Shown: positions 49,663 through 62,649 of the stretch, one piece after another
Numbering within the stretch: position 1 is the first letter of the stretch
Layout of the letters: each line of letters starts with the position of its first letter
DNA from: Eledone cirrhosa
Lineage: Eukaryota
Direction of reading: 5' to 3'
Assembly (NCBI GenBank): GCA_964016885.1
Contig: OZ024741.1
Span: 50,530,001 to 50,594,000, forward strand
Length of the DNA: 64,000 nt
The notes under the pieces: model-generated
Databases searched by the model: none
The model's input: only the letters and a program-made list of their open reading frames with translations
What the model was told of the DNA's origin: nothing
Position numbers and translations under genes: made by a program

Positions 49663-49891
49663 CTAAAATAAGACCTGTCCGTATTTCTCCAACTTGAAGA
49701 TCAGCCCTTAAATCTCCAACAAAACCCCACAGACCTTGATTGGTAACAGTTGAGGTGAAACGTCCTGAAGCATCTCTTTTCTCCATAAATATTTTACCAC
49801 CTGGGGTTGTGATCCGAGTTTCAGACATTTTGAGGTCATCTTTCTGGAACTTCTGCAGTTCAGAATGAAGATTTGTGAGATCGTGAGCCAT
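49663..49891 (-). CDS. DUSP19: DUSP19 dual-specificity phosphatase, first coding exon
   Basis: MAHDLTNLHSELQKFQKDDLKMSETRITTPGGK...GFVGDLRADLQVGEIRTGLIL(G), cf. human [27 protein letters not shown]...DLQVGVIKPWLLLG; donor gtaaag. A strong acceptor (ttctctcttcag|A ATG) just upstream implies a further upstream exon, not located. Confidence 0.88.
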
Positions 49892-49934
49892 TCTGAAGAG
49901 AGAAAAAAAAAAAATTTTTTTTTTATTAAAGTAT

Positions 49935-50115
49935 AATTGTTTCTACTTTTGGCACAAGTCCAGCAATTACCCAGTGCATTACTGGTACTTTATTTTATCG
50001 GCCCCGTAAGGATGAAAGGCAAAGTAAACCTCGGCGGGACTTGAACTCAGAATTGCAAGGGCCGTAACTCTATGCTGCAAAGCATGTCGTCTGACCCTCT
50101 ACCAATACTGCCAAT
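49935..50115 (-). mobile_element. Meta-type SINE copy next to the DUSP19 acceptor
   Basis: Near identical to 430-620. Confidence 0.72.
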
Positions 50116-50402
50116 CTACATGTTAAGGCACTCGAATCTCTATGTTTTCCTAAAGTTTTGTAAAACTACACTCCCTGCCCTCCCACTACTACTATCAACC
50201 CATTACCACCACCACCACTGCTATGACATCTGGTACCATTATCTTACTACGACTCACCATACCATACGTATCAGAAGCTCATCTTCCAACATCATCTTTA
50301 ACTTGAACTGAGTCATTAAATCAAGAGACAATTAACAGAAGTTTTAACACACCATATATATATATATATTGGTGTTATTTCTGTTTACCGTTTACATACA
50401 TA

Positions 50403-50739
50403 TGGAGGCACAGGGCTTAGTGGTTAGAGCATTGGCCTTGCAATCGATAGGTTGTGAGTTCAATTCTCAGACCGGGTGATGTGTTGTTTCCTTGAGCAAG
50501 ACACTTTACATTGCTCCAGTTTACTCAGCTGTAGAAATGAGATGATAGGGACTGGGGTCCCTATCATTCCACTGCAAAGTGGTCATGTAGGTGCCACGGC
50601 AAAAAAGCACCCAGCACTCACTGTAAATGAGGTTGGTGTTAGGAAGGGCATCCAGCTGTAGAAATCAAGCCAGAATCAGTTCCCGTCCCACTCTTGCAAG
50701 CAGGGAAAAGCGGACGTAAAATGATGATGATGATGATGA
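50403..50739 (+). mobile_element. CORE-SINE copy
   Basis: Full head-CORE-tail structure. Confidence 0.87.
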
Positions 50740-51182
50740 TATATATTAACACTTACGTGGACCTCTCAAATTCGTTGGATTTTCACCCCGAAACTGGATA
50801 CCAACCCGGAGCTTACCTGAATTTCCACCAGGAAATCTTTTGTATCACTGAAATTTTCTTTGTTTCTTGCATTTAAATATACCACGACTCTCTATCACTT
50901 TTCCTTTACTATAATCTTTCTACACCACCTTCTTCTTCTCACCCGTCTATTTTTCACTCCCACCCTAGTACCTTCAACATGTCCACCAATTCCACCCTGC
51001 CTGTCCCTTCAATCTATCTTATTTCTCATTCTTTCTCCTGATGAAAGACTAGCGTCCGAAACGTTAAGACCCTCTTCCTGCTATATCAAGTGTTAACCTA
51101 ATATATTCCTTCCATATACTGTACCGATTGTGTTGTTATTTCTGTTTACCTTTTACATATATATATATTTATTTATTTATAT

Positions 51183-51350
51183 ATATTCATTTTTTATTAA
51201 GGCTAAAAAGTGAGTCTTGTTACGCTGGAGTTTTGCCTGTTTATCACAGGATCATCAGATAAGAACTGTGTTTGTCTGATATTCTTGTGATAAACAAGTG
51301 AAACTCCAGAGTAACAAGACTCACTTTTTAGCCTTAATAAAAATGAATAT
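51183..51350. repeat. Imperfect inverted repeat with two degenerate hammerhead motifs
   Basis: Arms 51183-51263 and 51271-51350; the right arm reads UUUGU-CUGAUA..CUUGU(GAUAA)ACAAG-U-GAAA-CUC(CA)GAG-UA|ACAAG. Confidence 0.75.
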
Positions 51351-51427
51351 TAAAACTATACTTATGTATCGAGTACTCCTTTCTCTCAGCTGTCAACCAC
51401 ATACAGATATATATATATATATATATG

Positions 51428-52330
51428 CTCTAGGTTATTTTGATCCCTAATCAGTTGTACAATGACTCTTTCTGTAACTTTCATGATCTGGTCCATCAGT
51501 TTGATGCCACAATAGTTCCCTCTGTCTAGTGCATCACCTTTGCCCTTGTAGCAGTTGCTGATGCTGCTGCTTACACCAATCATTGAGTATGGCACCATTT
51601 TGTATTACTTGGTTAACAATATAGGTACTTATGGTGTGTCTTACCATCCCAGATACTTTCAGTATCTCAGCAACCATTCCCGATGGCTCCGCTGCTTTGC
51701 CTGTTTTCATATTCTTATTTGCCTTACTTACTACACTGCTACTGACTTGTACCGCTGGTCCCTCTGTAGGGTCCACCTACAGAGGGACCATTTATCAGTT
51801 TCTCATAATGACACTTCCAGGCTGCTGCCTTTTCAGTTTTAGTAAGGGCAAGTGCATCATTGTCATCTCAAACACACTTTTCTCTCATGACATCACTTTT
51901 TTCCCTGACACACTGCCTTGCAAACCTTAAAAACGAATTCTTGGGTACTTTAATGCTAGGGGCTCTCAGTCTTTTGAAGAAGCATAAAATGAAGCATAAA
52001 ATGAAGTGCCTTACTCAAGAACAAACAATGAGCCACCTTGTCCAAGAATCGTACCACATAACATGCATACATTTTTTACTTTCCGCTTCCCTCCTTGCAA
52101 AGTATACTTATGACCTTGCCTCTCTCCTTGCTACTTAGTAAAGCTCTCTGCTAGCCCTATTTTGCCATTCCTTCCATACCTGTCTCTTGGCCTTAATTGT
52201 TTCATCCATCCTACTATTTCACCACCAAGCCACTCTCCTACTCCAGTCACATACCTCATTTGTGGCCTTCAGTAGATTATCTCTCAGGAACTCCCACTGC
52301 TCCTCTATACCTTATGTCTCTATTTCTTCT
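51428..52330 (-). mobile_element. Degenerate RTE fragments (linker to start of RT)
   Basis: NCYKGKGDALDRGNY and PTEGPAVQV motifs in ORFs 51386-51598 and 51534-51776. Confidence 0.75.
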
Positions 52331-54732
52331 TCCTTATTGTCAAACATCAAGTAAGATATCCTTAATTTTGTTACTTTGCAGTTGCCGCCCATGTCTCACT
52401 ACCATGCAGCATCGTGCATCTCACACAGGCATCATATAACAGGCCTTTCATATGCAGGGAGAAACCCTTCTTTGTCAACAGAGGAAGCAGTTCCCTAAAC
52501 TTCTTCCAACCCGTCCTTATTCTAGATACTATGGCCTCGGAACACCCCTCCCATGCTAATCTGATCACCTAGATACCGGAAGCTATCAACCACTTCTATA
52601 GAACCTACCTGCATTTGAAAAATGTGTCTATCACTGCGACTTCTACTGTCAAATTTCCCTGTACATCTACTGCATACGTAGTTTTTCCCTACCTGTTAGT
52701 TTGCCTGCTATCCGACTACATCTCTTGTGTACCCAAGATCTGCATTGTGTACATTTTATAGAATTTATGCCAGCTCCTTTTCTACATATTGAATATGGCC
52801 ATTTCCCTGATGGAATCAGAGTTTTGTCCTCTTTTCTACTTATCAACACTTTCGTCTTAGCTAGGTTCACTCTCATTCCTCTTGATTCCAACTGCTGTTT
52901 CCATAGCCAGAATTTATTCTTTAGCTCCTCTACTGATTCTGCTATAAGAACCAGATCGTGAGCATAGAGAAGTTTCCATGGGTAGCCAGTCTTAAACTCC
53001 TCTGTTATGGCTTGGAGAACTATAATGAACAAGAGTAGGTTGAGGACCGAACCCTGATGTACTCCTACTTGTATCTGGAATTCCTCACTAAACTCCATTC
53101 CTACTCTCACTTTACTGACAGCACCTCTGTACATAGCTTGCACTGTCCTCACAAGCCATTCCTCTACACCTAGTTTCCTTAGGGACAGATCGGGGTACCC
53201 TATCAAATGCCTTCTCTAGGTCAACAAAAGCTAAGTATAGTGGCTTATTCTTCTCGAAGAACCTCTCTTGTAGTTGTCTCACTAAGAAGAGGGCATCTAT
53301 TGTACTTTTCCCAGCACAAAACCAAACTGCATCTCATCTAATTTGACCCCTTCTCTAATTAGTTGCGCTAATATTCTTTCTGCCACTTTCATAGCCTGAC
53401 CCATCAGTTTTATGCCCCTATAATTGCTCCTCTCCAGAGCATCCCCTTTACCTTTGTAGCAATTTATGAGAATACTGGTGCACCAGTCTTTGGGTATGAC
53501 TCCGCTATATGTAGCTTGATTGACGATGCGTGCAACCAGTTTTGTACCTACTTCTCCTGATGCCTTCAACATCTCAGCAACTATCCCCGATGGTCCAGTG
53601 GCCTTACCATTTTTAATTTCCTTAATTGCCTCTTGGACTCTATATTCGTCAATCTCAATAGCCCGTCCCTCGGTCGGGTTCCTGGGGTAGTTTCTCTCTC
53701 CCATTCATTCCCCTCATTCATCAGTTTCTCATAATGACATTTCCAGGCCTCATTTTTCTGATCATTAGTGACACTAAGTACACCAGCATCATTTTGGTCA
53801 CACTTATCTCCAACAATATCCTGATTTACACTGACACACTGCCTTGCAATGCGGAACACCGCACGTCTCTGATCTTCCCGTCGCAGGACATTGGCAAACC
53901 TCCTACTCTCAGCCTCCCTTTTCTCTTAGCGGCTGTGTATCGGTCTCTACTCCCACCATTGTTCCAAGCGTTCCATGCTAGTCTTTTGTCTCTAATGGCC
54001 CTATCTACCATGCTGTTCCACCACCAGGTCACTCTCTGTCTGGTTGGAGCTCTGCTCCAGCCACAAGTTTCTTCAGTAACCTGCAGTAAGTTGTCACGTA
54101 AGAAATTCCAGTTATCATCTATGTCATACGATTCTAAATTGTCTTCTTTCTCGTCATACACATCTTGAAGGGCTTTCCTAAATTTATATTTTAGTGAAAG
54201 GTCTTTTAGCTTCCAGACCTTCCTGTATGTTTCATTTTGTCTCTTGCTTATTGAGATGTCACTAATGACTAACCTATGCTGTGGGGTACATTCTTCCCTG
54301 GGGTATGCCTTAGTATTTGACACCATCTATCTGTCTCGCTGCCTAACTAGCAAGAAGTCAATCTGGCTTATGTGCTTGCCTGATTTGTAGGTTATTAGGT
54401 GGTTGGTAGGTTTCTTGAAGTTGCAAATGGTTAGTGTACTTGCATCACAAAATTCAAGAAACATCACTCCTTGTTCGTTTCTTGAGCCATAACCGTGCCC
54501 ACCATGTACCCCAGTGTATCCATCCTGGAGCTGTCCAACATGACCATTGAAGTCCCCTGCTAGCATAACGATGTCTCTGTCCTCTGTTATTGTAGCTGTT
54601 TCTAAAAGTTGCTCGTAAAAGCAGTCTTTCTCTTCTTTACCTAGGCCCGCCTGGGGAGCATAGGTAGAGATGATTGTCGTCAGCAGTCTCTTGCCTACAA
54701 CTAATCTAATCTTAATTATTCCATTACTGACT

Positions 54733-55752
54733 GTAGCGGGATCTCAGGAAGCTTAATTAAGAATGTAGGCTTCACATGCAGCAGCTGTGCTGAGACAGCA
54801 AGCAGCAAACAGCCACAGGAAACAAGTACCACCAATCTCTGGGAGGGCTCTGTAGAAACAGTAGACAGCTTCTGCTACCTAGGTGACCGAATTAGCAGCG
54901 GAGGTGGGTGTTCAGAAAGTACAATAACTAGGGTAAGAACGGGATGGAAGAAGTTTAGGGAACTACTACCACTGCTAGCTGCAAAAGGCTTCTCCCTCAA
55001 AATGAAAGGCAGACTGTATGATGCGTGTATCCGAACAGCGATGTTGCATGGTAGAGAGACCTGGGCGCTGAAGGTGGAAGACTTACGTAGATTAGAGAGA
55101 AACGAAGCCTGCATGCTCCGATGGATGTGTAATAGTAATATACGCGAACGACAAAGCATAAATGAATTGAGAGAGAGACTGAGCATAAGAGGAATCAAAT
55201 GCTGTGTGCAGGAGAGGTGGTTGCGTTGGTATGGACATGTGATGCGTATGAAGGATGACAGCTGCATAAAAAGGTGCAGAGCACTAGAAGTCGATGGAAA
55301 CCGTGGAGTGGGGAGACCCAAGATGACCTGGGATGAGGTGATAAAAGCTGACCTTGCCCAATTGCACCTCTCAAAGGCGATGACACATGACCGTGACCTC
55401 TGGCGTCACGCAGTAATACAGAGTACCTGACCTCCCATGAGTACAAGCTGAAGCATATAGACAATATGCCCCCACACCCCTCACTGCAAGGTGGTCGTGG
55501 AGGTGCCACGGCAAAAAAGCACCCAGCCCACACTGTAAAGTGGACGTGTAGGTGTCACGAAAAAGCACCCAGCACTCACTGTAAATGAGGTTGGTGTTAG
55601 GAAGGGCATCCAGCTGTAGAAATCAAGCCAAATCAGTTCCTGTATGAGCAAGGCATGGTCAGCCGACCAGACACTGCCCACAACAGGACAACCCGTCTAA
55701 CCCATGCTAGCATGGAAGAACGGACGTAAAACGGTGATGATGATGATGATGA
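54733..55752 (+). mobile_element. RTE family A 3' fragment nested in the family C element
   Basis: Nearly identical to 9088-10071; (GAT)n tail. Confidence 0.9.
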
Positions 55753-56184
55753 CGACTCTAACTACCTCTACTGTCTTATCGACCCATCTCTCAGCCAGTA
55801 AAATGCCTACACCACCATCATTACCTACCCAGAGAAGCGTATAAGTAAGATGTTTGCCTGTGGTTAGTCTTGTTGAGGCACATCTCCATCTTACCTCTTG
55901 CATGCAGCACACATCCACATGTCCTCTCTCTAGCATCTCCACTATCTCACCAGATTTACCTGTTAGAGTGCCAACATTAAGTGTGGCTACTCTGAGATTC
56001 GACGTCTTCATACTCTTGTTCTTGTGCAATTGCTTGATGACGGTCGGGGGTTCTCGTACATGGTTGCACCAACCACCCCACTACCATGCGCAGCCCTAAC
56101 ATGGTTAGTGTTATTGCAATCCTCATTTGTTGTGCTCATAGTTTTGGGCATTAATATATACTGGTTGGATGCCCTTCCTAACAC

Positions 56185-57252
56185 TTTACAGCATGGACTG
56201 GGTGATTTTATTTGTGCCACCAGCACTAGAGAGGCTGTCTTACTGGACTCAGGGGCCCTCTCCACCCCTCCATTTTACAGCATGTACTGGGTGATTTTAT
56301 TTGTGCCACCAGCACTAGAGAGGTTGTCTTACTGGACTCAGGGGCCCGCTCCACCCCTCCATTCTACAGTATGGGCTGGGTGATTTTATTTGTGCCACCA
56401 GCACTAGAGAGGCTGTCTTACTGAACTCAGGGGCCCTCTCCACCCCTCCATTTTACAGCATGTACTGGGTGATTTTATTTGTGCCACCAGCACTAGAGAG
56501 GTTGTCTTACTGGACTCAGGGGCCCGCTCCACCCCTCCATTCTACAGTATGGGCTGGGTGATTTTATTTGTGCCACCAGCACTAGAGAGGCTGTCTTACT
56601 GGACTTGGGGACTTCTCCACTCCACCCCTCCATTTTACAGTATGGACTGGGTGATTTTATTTGTGCCACCAGCACTAGAGAGGCTGTCTTACTGGACTCA
56701 GGGGCCCTCTCCACCCCTCCATTTTACAGCATGGACTGGGTGATTTTATTTGTGCCACCAGCACTAGAGAGGTTGTCTTACTGGACTCAGGGGCCCGCTC
56801 CACCCCTCCATTTTACAGTATGGGCTGGGTGATTTTATTTGTGCCACCAGCACTAAAGAGGCTGTCTTACTGGACTCAGGGGCTCTCTCCACCCCTCCAT
56901 TTTACAGCATGGACTGGGTGATTTTATTTGTGCCACCAGCACTAGAGAGGCTGTCTTACTGGACTCAGGGGCCCGCTCCACCCCTCCATTTTACAGAATG
57001 GACTGGGTGATTTTATTTGTGCCACCAGCACTAGACAGGTTGTCTTACTGGACTCAGGGGCCCGCTCCACCCCTCCATTCTACAGTATGGGCTGGGTGAT
57101 TTTATTTGTGCCACCAGCACTAGAGAGGCTGTCTTACTGGACTCAGGGGCCCTCTCCACCCCTCCATTTTACAGCATGTACTGGGTGATTTTCTTTGTGC
57201 CACCAGCACTAAGGAAGTTGTCATACTGGACTTAGGGGACTTCTCCACCCCA
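56185..57252. repeat. 89-bp tandem array, 12 units, inside the 5' UTR of the family C RTE
   Basis: Unit starts at 56192, 56281, 56370, 56459, 56548, 56641, 56730, 56819, 56908, 56997, 57086 and 57175. Confidence 0.95.
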
Positions 57253-57594
57253 CACCAATTTATTCGGAGTGGTAGCTCTAATAGACGGGTTGCCTACTCT
57301 ACGGCTTATGGAGTCTCCGTCCGCCATCTGAGCGGAACTTAGTTTAACGTGCTACGTTTATGAGTGGTTAGCGTACACTGCCAGGCATGTATACTGGAAG
57401 CTGATATATCTAGGGTCGGCGGGTGGGAAAAGAAATGGCGATTTCTAGGCTGCTATCATAAACACAAACTTAGCTATTCTATATGAGCGATTTTCCGTTA
57501 CGAATATATATATATATATATACCCACATACACACAAACAAATGTACACAACAGCTATATGAATATAAACATACACATTAGTACATATATTTAT

Positions 57595-58220
57595 CATCAT
57601 CATCATCATTTTCCGTCCGCTTTTCCCTGCTTGCAAGGGTGGGACAGGTCTTATTCAGCACAGCATCTCTCCACTTGTCACGGTCATCTCCACCGTGAGC
57701 TTCAGCGATCTGAGGTCTGTTCTCACCACCTCCGCCCATGTTTTTCGTGGTCTACCTCTACCACGTCTTCTTTCAACTGGCATTTCCTGGCACTTCTTCA
57801 CCCATCGGTCATCCTCCATGCGCATCACATGTCCATACCACCACAGTCTCCTCTCTCGCACACTACATTCTATCCCTCTCAGACATAGTTTCTCTCTCAA
57901 CACATCAATGCTGGGTCATTTCACACACATTGACATTGCACATCCAACGGAGCATGTTTGCCTCATTTCTCTCCAGCCGTCGCATATCCTCTGCAGTTGC
58001 TGCCCATGTCTCACTACCATGCAGCATCGCGCTCCTCACACAGGCATCATATAACCGGCCTTTCGTATGCCTTGGTATTTGACACCATCTGCCTGTCCCG
58101 CTGCCTAACTAGTAAGAAGTCAATCTGGCTTATGTGCTTGCCTGATTTGTAGGTTATTAGGTGGTTGGCAGGTTTCTGGAAGTTAGTGTTGCAAATAGTC
58201 AGTGTACTTGCATCACAAAG
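57595..58220 (-). mobile_element. RTE family C 3' end fused to an endonuclease fragment (internal deletion)
   Basis: ORF 57655-57903; 58070-58220 matches the endonuclease region 54310-54450. Confidence 0.8.
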
Positions 58221-58639
58221 TAAACATCAAAAGAGGAAACAATGCCATTTATCTTATATTATCTTATCTTAACTGCTTCCTTATTCAGACGTAATATATA
58301 TATATAAATCTACGTGTGGGATAAATCTATTTTAAAATTCTATGGGAGAAAAGTGAAATATGAAATATAATTTATATATAAATATACACACAGATACACT
58401 TGTAATATATATATATATTCCTGTATGAGCAAGGCATGGTCAGCCGACCAGACACTGCCCACAACAGGACAACCCGTCTAACCCATGCTAGCATGGAAGA
58501 ACGGACGTAAAATGGTGATGATGATGATGATATATATATAAATGTACACACTTGTACAATTGTAATATATATATATATAAATGTACATACTTGTACACTT
58601 GTAATATATATATATAAATGTACACACTTGAACACTTTA

Positions 58640-59395
58640 AATCATCATCATCATCAACATTTTACGTCCGTTCTTTCACGCTAGCATGGGTTAGACGGGT
58701 TGTCCTGTTGTGGGTAGTGCCAGGTCAGGTGACCTTCTCTTGCTCATATGGGAACTGATTTTGGCTTGATTTCTACAGCTGGATGCCCTTCCTAACACCA
58801 ACCTCATTTACAGTGAGTGCTGGGCGTTTTTTTCCGTGGCGCCTACATGACCACTTTATAGTGTGGGCTGGGTGCTTTTTTGCCGTGGCACCTCCACGAC
58901 CTCTTTGCAGTGGGAGGGGATGGGAGCATATTGTCTATGTGCTTCAGCTTCGGCTTGTTCCTGTGGGAAGTTGGGTCTTCTGTATTACTGCATGACGCCA
59001 GAGGTCACGGTCCTGTGTCATCGCCTTTGAGAGGTGCAATTGGGCAAGGTCAGCTTTTATCACCTCATCCCAGGTCTTCTTAGGTCTCCCCACTCCATGG
59101 CTTCCATCGACTTTTAGTACTCTGCACCTTTTTACGCAGCTGTCATCCTTCATACGCATCACATGTCCATACCAACGCAACCTCCTCTCCTGCACACAGC
59201 ATTTGATTCCTCTTATGCTCAGTCTCTCTCTCAATTTGTTTATGCTTTGCCGTTCGCATATATTACTATTACACATCCATTGGAGCATGTAAGCTTTGTT
59301 TCTTTCTAATCTACGCAAGTATGCACGCATCATACAGTCTGCCTTTCGTTTTGAGGGAAAAGCCTTTTGCAGCTAGCAGTGGTAGCAGCTTCCTG
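58640..59395 (-). mobile_element. RTE family A 3' fragment
   Basis: ORF 58944-59333; family A 3' UTR. Confidence 0.85.
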
Positions 59396-59529
59396 TAATA
59401 TATATATAAATGTACACACTTGTAATATATATATATACATATAAATGTACACACTTGTACACTTGTAATATATATATATATAAATGTACACACTTGTACA
59501 CTTGTAATATATATATATATATATATATC

Positions 59530-61790
59530 AAGGACCAAAAACGTGAGGTGTTCAGGATTGCTAGACAATGTGTCAAGGAGAACCGTGATATTGTCGGTTA
59601 GAAGTGTGTCCGTAATGATGATGGTGTACTGGCCATCACTGACGCTGATAAGAAGGTAGCTTGGAAGTGTCACTACGAAAGCTACTAAATGAGGAGAATA
59701 AATGGGAGAAAGACAGCCTCCCCCACATCGATCCAATAGAGGGACCAGCAGTGCAAGTTGAAGGTAGTATAAGTAAGGCAATCAAAGATATGAAAACGGG
59801 CAAGGCGGCTGGGCCTTCGGAAATAGTTGCTGAAATGCTGAAAGCATCTGGAACGGTGGGACACACTATGGTCACCCAGATAGTAAACCAAGTTATACAG
59901 AATGGGGTTGTACCAAAGGACTGGCGTAGCAGCATCATCATTAACTGCTACAAGGGTAAAGGAGACGCCCTAGATAGGGGAAACTATAGAGGCATTAAAT
60001 TAATTGACCAGGTCATGAAAGTCACAGAAAAAGTAATAGCGCAACTAATCAGAGAGCGAATTAATCTAGATGAAATACAGTTCGGGTTTGTGTCAGGTAA
60101 AAGTACCACAGACGCTCTTTTCATTGTACGACAACTACAGGAGAAGTACCTAGCTAAAAGTAAACCCCTCTACTTAGCTTTTGTAGACCTGGAGAAAGCC
60201 TTTGACAGAGTCCCCCACTCCATTATCTGGTAGGCTCTTAGAAAACTAGGTGTAGATGAATGGCTTGTGAGAGCTATACAAGCCATGTATAAAGAAACAG
60301 TTAGCAAGGTTAGAATTAACAACGAATATAGTGAAGAGTTTAGCGTAAAAGTTGGTGTTCATCAGGGCTCCGTCCTTAGCCTCCTCCTATTTATTATCGC
60401 CCTCCAAGCTATAACGGAGGAGTTCAAGACCGGCTGCCCATGGGAACTTCTATACGCAGATGATCTAACGCTCATAGCCGAATCAATGGTTGAACTAGAG
60501 AAGAAATTCCAAACATGGAAGCATGGCTTAGAATCAAAAGTCCTTAAAGTTAACTTGTCTAAGACTAAAGTCCTAATATGTAGGAAAGAGAATAGGGCAC
60601 TGGTCCCATCTGGGAAATCGCCATGCTCAGTGTGTAGGAAAGGAGTAGGCAGAAACTCCATTTTATGTCCCAAATGTAAAGTCTGGGTGCATAAAAGATG
60701 TAGTGGGATCACAGGTAAGCTAACTAAGAATATAGATTTTATATGTGGCCGGTGCTCTGGTGCAATAAGTAGCAGCAAGTGCCCACAGAATACTAGCTCA
60801 TTCCATTGCCCAGATGGTTCTATAGAAATAGTGGACACCTTCCGTTACCTGGGTGACAAAATCAGCAGTGGTGGAGGGTGCTCTGAAAGTACTGTAGCTA
60901 GAGTCCGAACGGGATGGAAAAAGTTCAGAGAGCTTATACCACTATTGGCCGTTAAAGGTTTCTCTCTAAAAATGAAAGGCAGGCTGTATGATGCCTGCAT
61001 ACAAACAGCGATGTTACATGGCAGTGAGACATGGGCCTTGTGTGCAAAGGATCTACGCAGACTGGAGAGGAACGAAGCTTGCATGCTCCGCTGGATGTGT
61101 AATATACGCGAACGGCAAAGCATAAATGAACTAAGTGAGAAATTAGGAATAAGAGGGATCAGATGCTGTTTACTCGAGAGAAGACTATGTTGGTATGGTC
61201 ACGTGATGCGCATGAAAGATGACAGCTGTATAAAAAAGAGCAGGGCGATCAAAATAGACGGTAGCTACAGAGTAGGCAGACCCAGAAAAACCTGGGACGA
61301 CTTGCTAAAATCCGACCTCACACACTTACACCTCTCCAAGACAATGTCACTAGACCGAGATCTTTGGTGCCATGCAGTAATACAGAAGACCCACCTTGCC
61401 TAAGTACAAAGCGAAACCTACAGTCAGTAGGCACCTCTTAACCAAAATACACCCCCGTCCCAACCCTACCCCCACCACCATCTACACCACCCCTTTCGAT
61501 GTAAAACTATGTTGGTACCACAACATCCAGTCCTAAATAAATGAGGTCGTGTAGGTGTCACGACAAAAAAACACACAGTCCACGCTGTAATGTGGCCGTG
61601 TAGGTAACACGGTAAAAACCTCCCAGTCCACACTGTAAACGTCGTTGGTGTTAGGAAGGGCATCCAGCCATAGAAAACCCGCCAGACAGTCCTGAGCAAG
61701 ACAACCAATCTTGCCTCAAGTGGGACAATTCCCGTCCAGACCCATGCTAGCATGGAAAATGGACGTTAAACGATGATGATGATGATGATG
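59530..61790 (+). mobile_element. RTE family B, 5'-truncated, one in-frame stop at 60230
   Basis: ORFs 59661-60233 and 60267-61403 (YADD, PHD-like finger); (GAT)n tail. Confidence 0.92.
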
Positions 61791-61920
61791 ATATATATAA
61801 ATGTACATATATAATTTATACATATGATGTTTAAATTTTTTATTTTCTACTTCTTTTTTTGCAAAGCACCAGTGAGACAGAGGGTGACCATGCAGTGCAC
61901 TGCCATCATGGACAGAACCA

Positions 61921-62148
61921 TTTACCCTTTAGCATTTACATTACTCTATATTTACTATTGTATTTTCATGGTAAAGGCTTTATCTTACATAATATCTCAC
62001 ATAATATCGAATCTATGAGATTTTGATATTATTTATTTTGAGAACAATACCTTAACATAAGTAAGAGTGGCCAGTTACGGCCGGTTTGAACAGAAAGAGG
62101 TGAGAGAATTCTGGCTGGATACAGCTGGTTTAAATGCTAAAGGGTTAA
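61921..62148 (+). mobile_element. piggyBac-type MITE
   Basis: CCCTTTAGCATTTA ... TAAATGCTAAAGGG TIRs, TTAA at the right end. Confidence 0.72.
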
Positions 62149-62649
62149 AGCCAAGTGGCAGGTGTAGAAAGACTACAAAAAAAGAGGGTTGTAAAGATCA
62201 CTATCAGGTAGCTAAAAGAGATAATTGACAGGTGTTCATAGCAAAGAAAGAAAATGTCTAGCGACGTGAGAATCAGAGATATGGAGTGTTCCATATCTCA
62301 AAACAGTGTGTCTGTAAGAATCTGTTATTGGAGAAAAGTGTGTTTGATTGAAATGATGTTGGTGCAGTTAGCATCACTAACATTTTTTTCAACACGCTGA
62401 CATGTATATGAGTATATTATTATAAACACACAAATACAGACACACTCACAGACATACATGTTAGATGCTGTTTTCTGTAGTTTGCTGTCATCCCTTTCTT
62501 CATGTCATCTCTAGTGTGACATCATCACCCCTTCTTTCCTGCCATCTCTAGTGTGTGAAGTCATCACCCCTTCCTTCCTCAGTCATCTCTAGTGTGTAAT
62601 GGAAGGGTGGACAGATAGAAGTCGCTCAAATTTATATATAGATTGACAT

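Larger units (their letters stand above)
52375..57450 (-). mobile_element. Long RTE family C element (5' UTR, endonuclease, RT) interrupted by a nested family A copy
   Basis: Contiguous EN-RT fragments in minus-strand ORFs 55697-56029, 54327-54566, 53826-54326, 53297-53704, 52667-53206 and 52371-52568; the reading VEVVRV/SNGIIKIRL joins across the 54733-55752 insertion; the 5' end (57250-57330) matches 24390-24480. Confidence 0.85.

Noticed and set aside
57250-57450. CpG-rich stand-alone DUSP19 promoter or first exon
   Set aside because: Matches the 5' end of the RTE at 24390-24480, so it is better explained as LINE 5' UTR.
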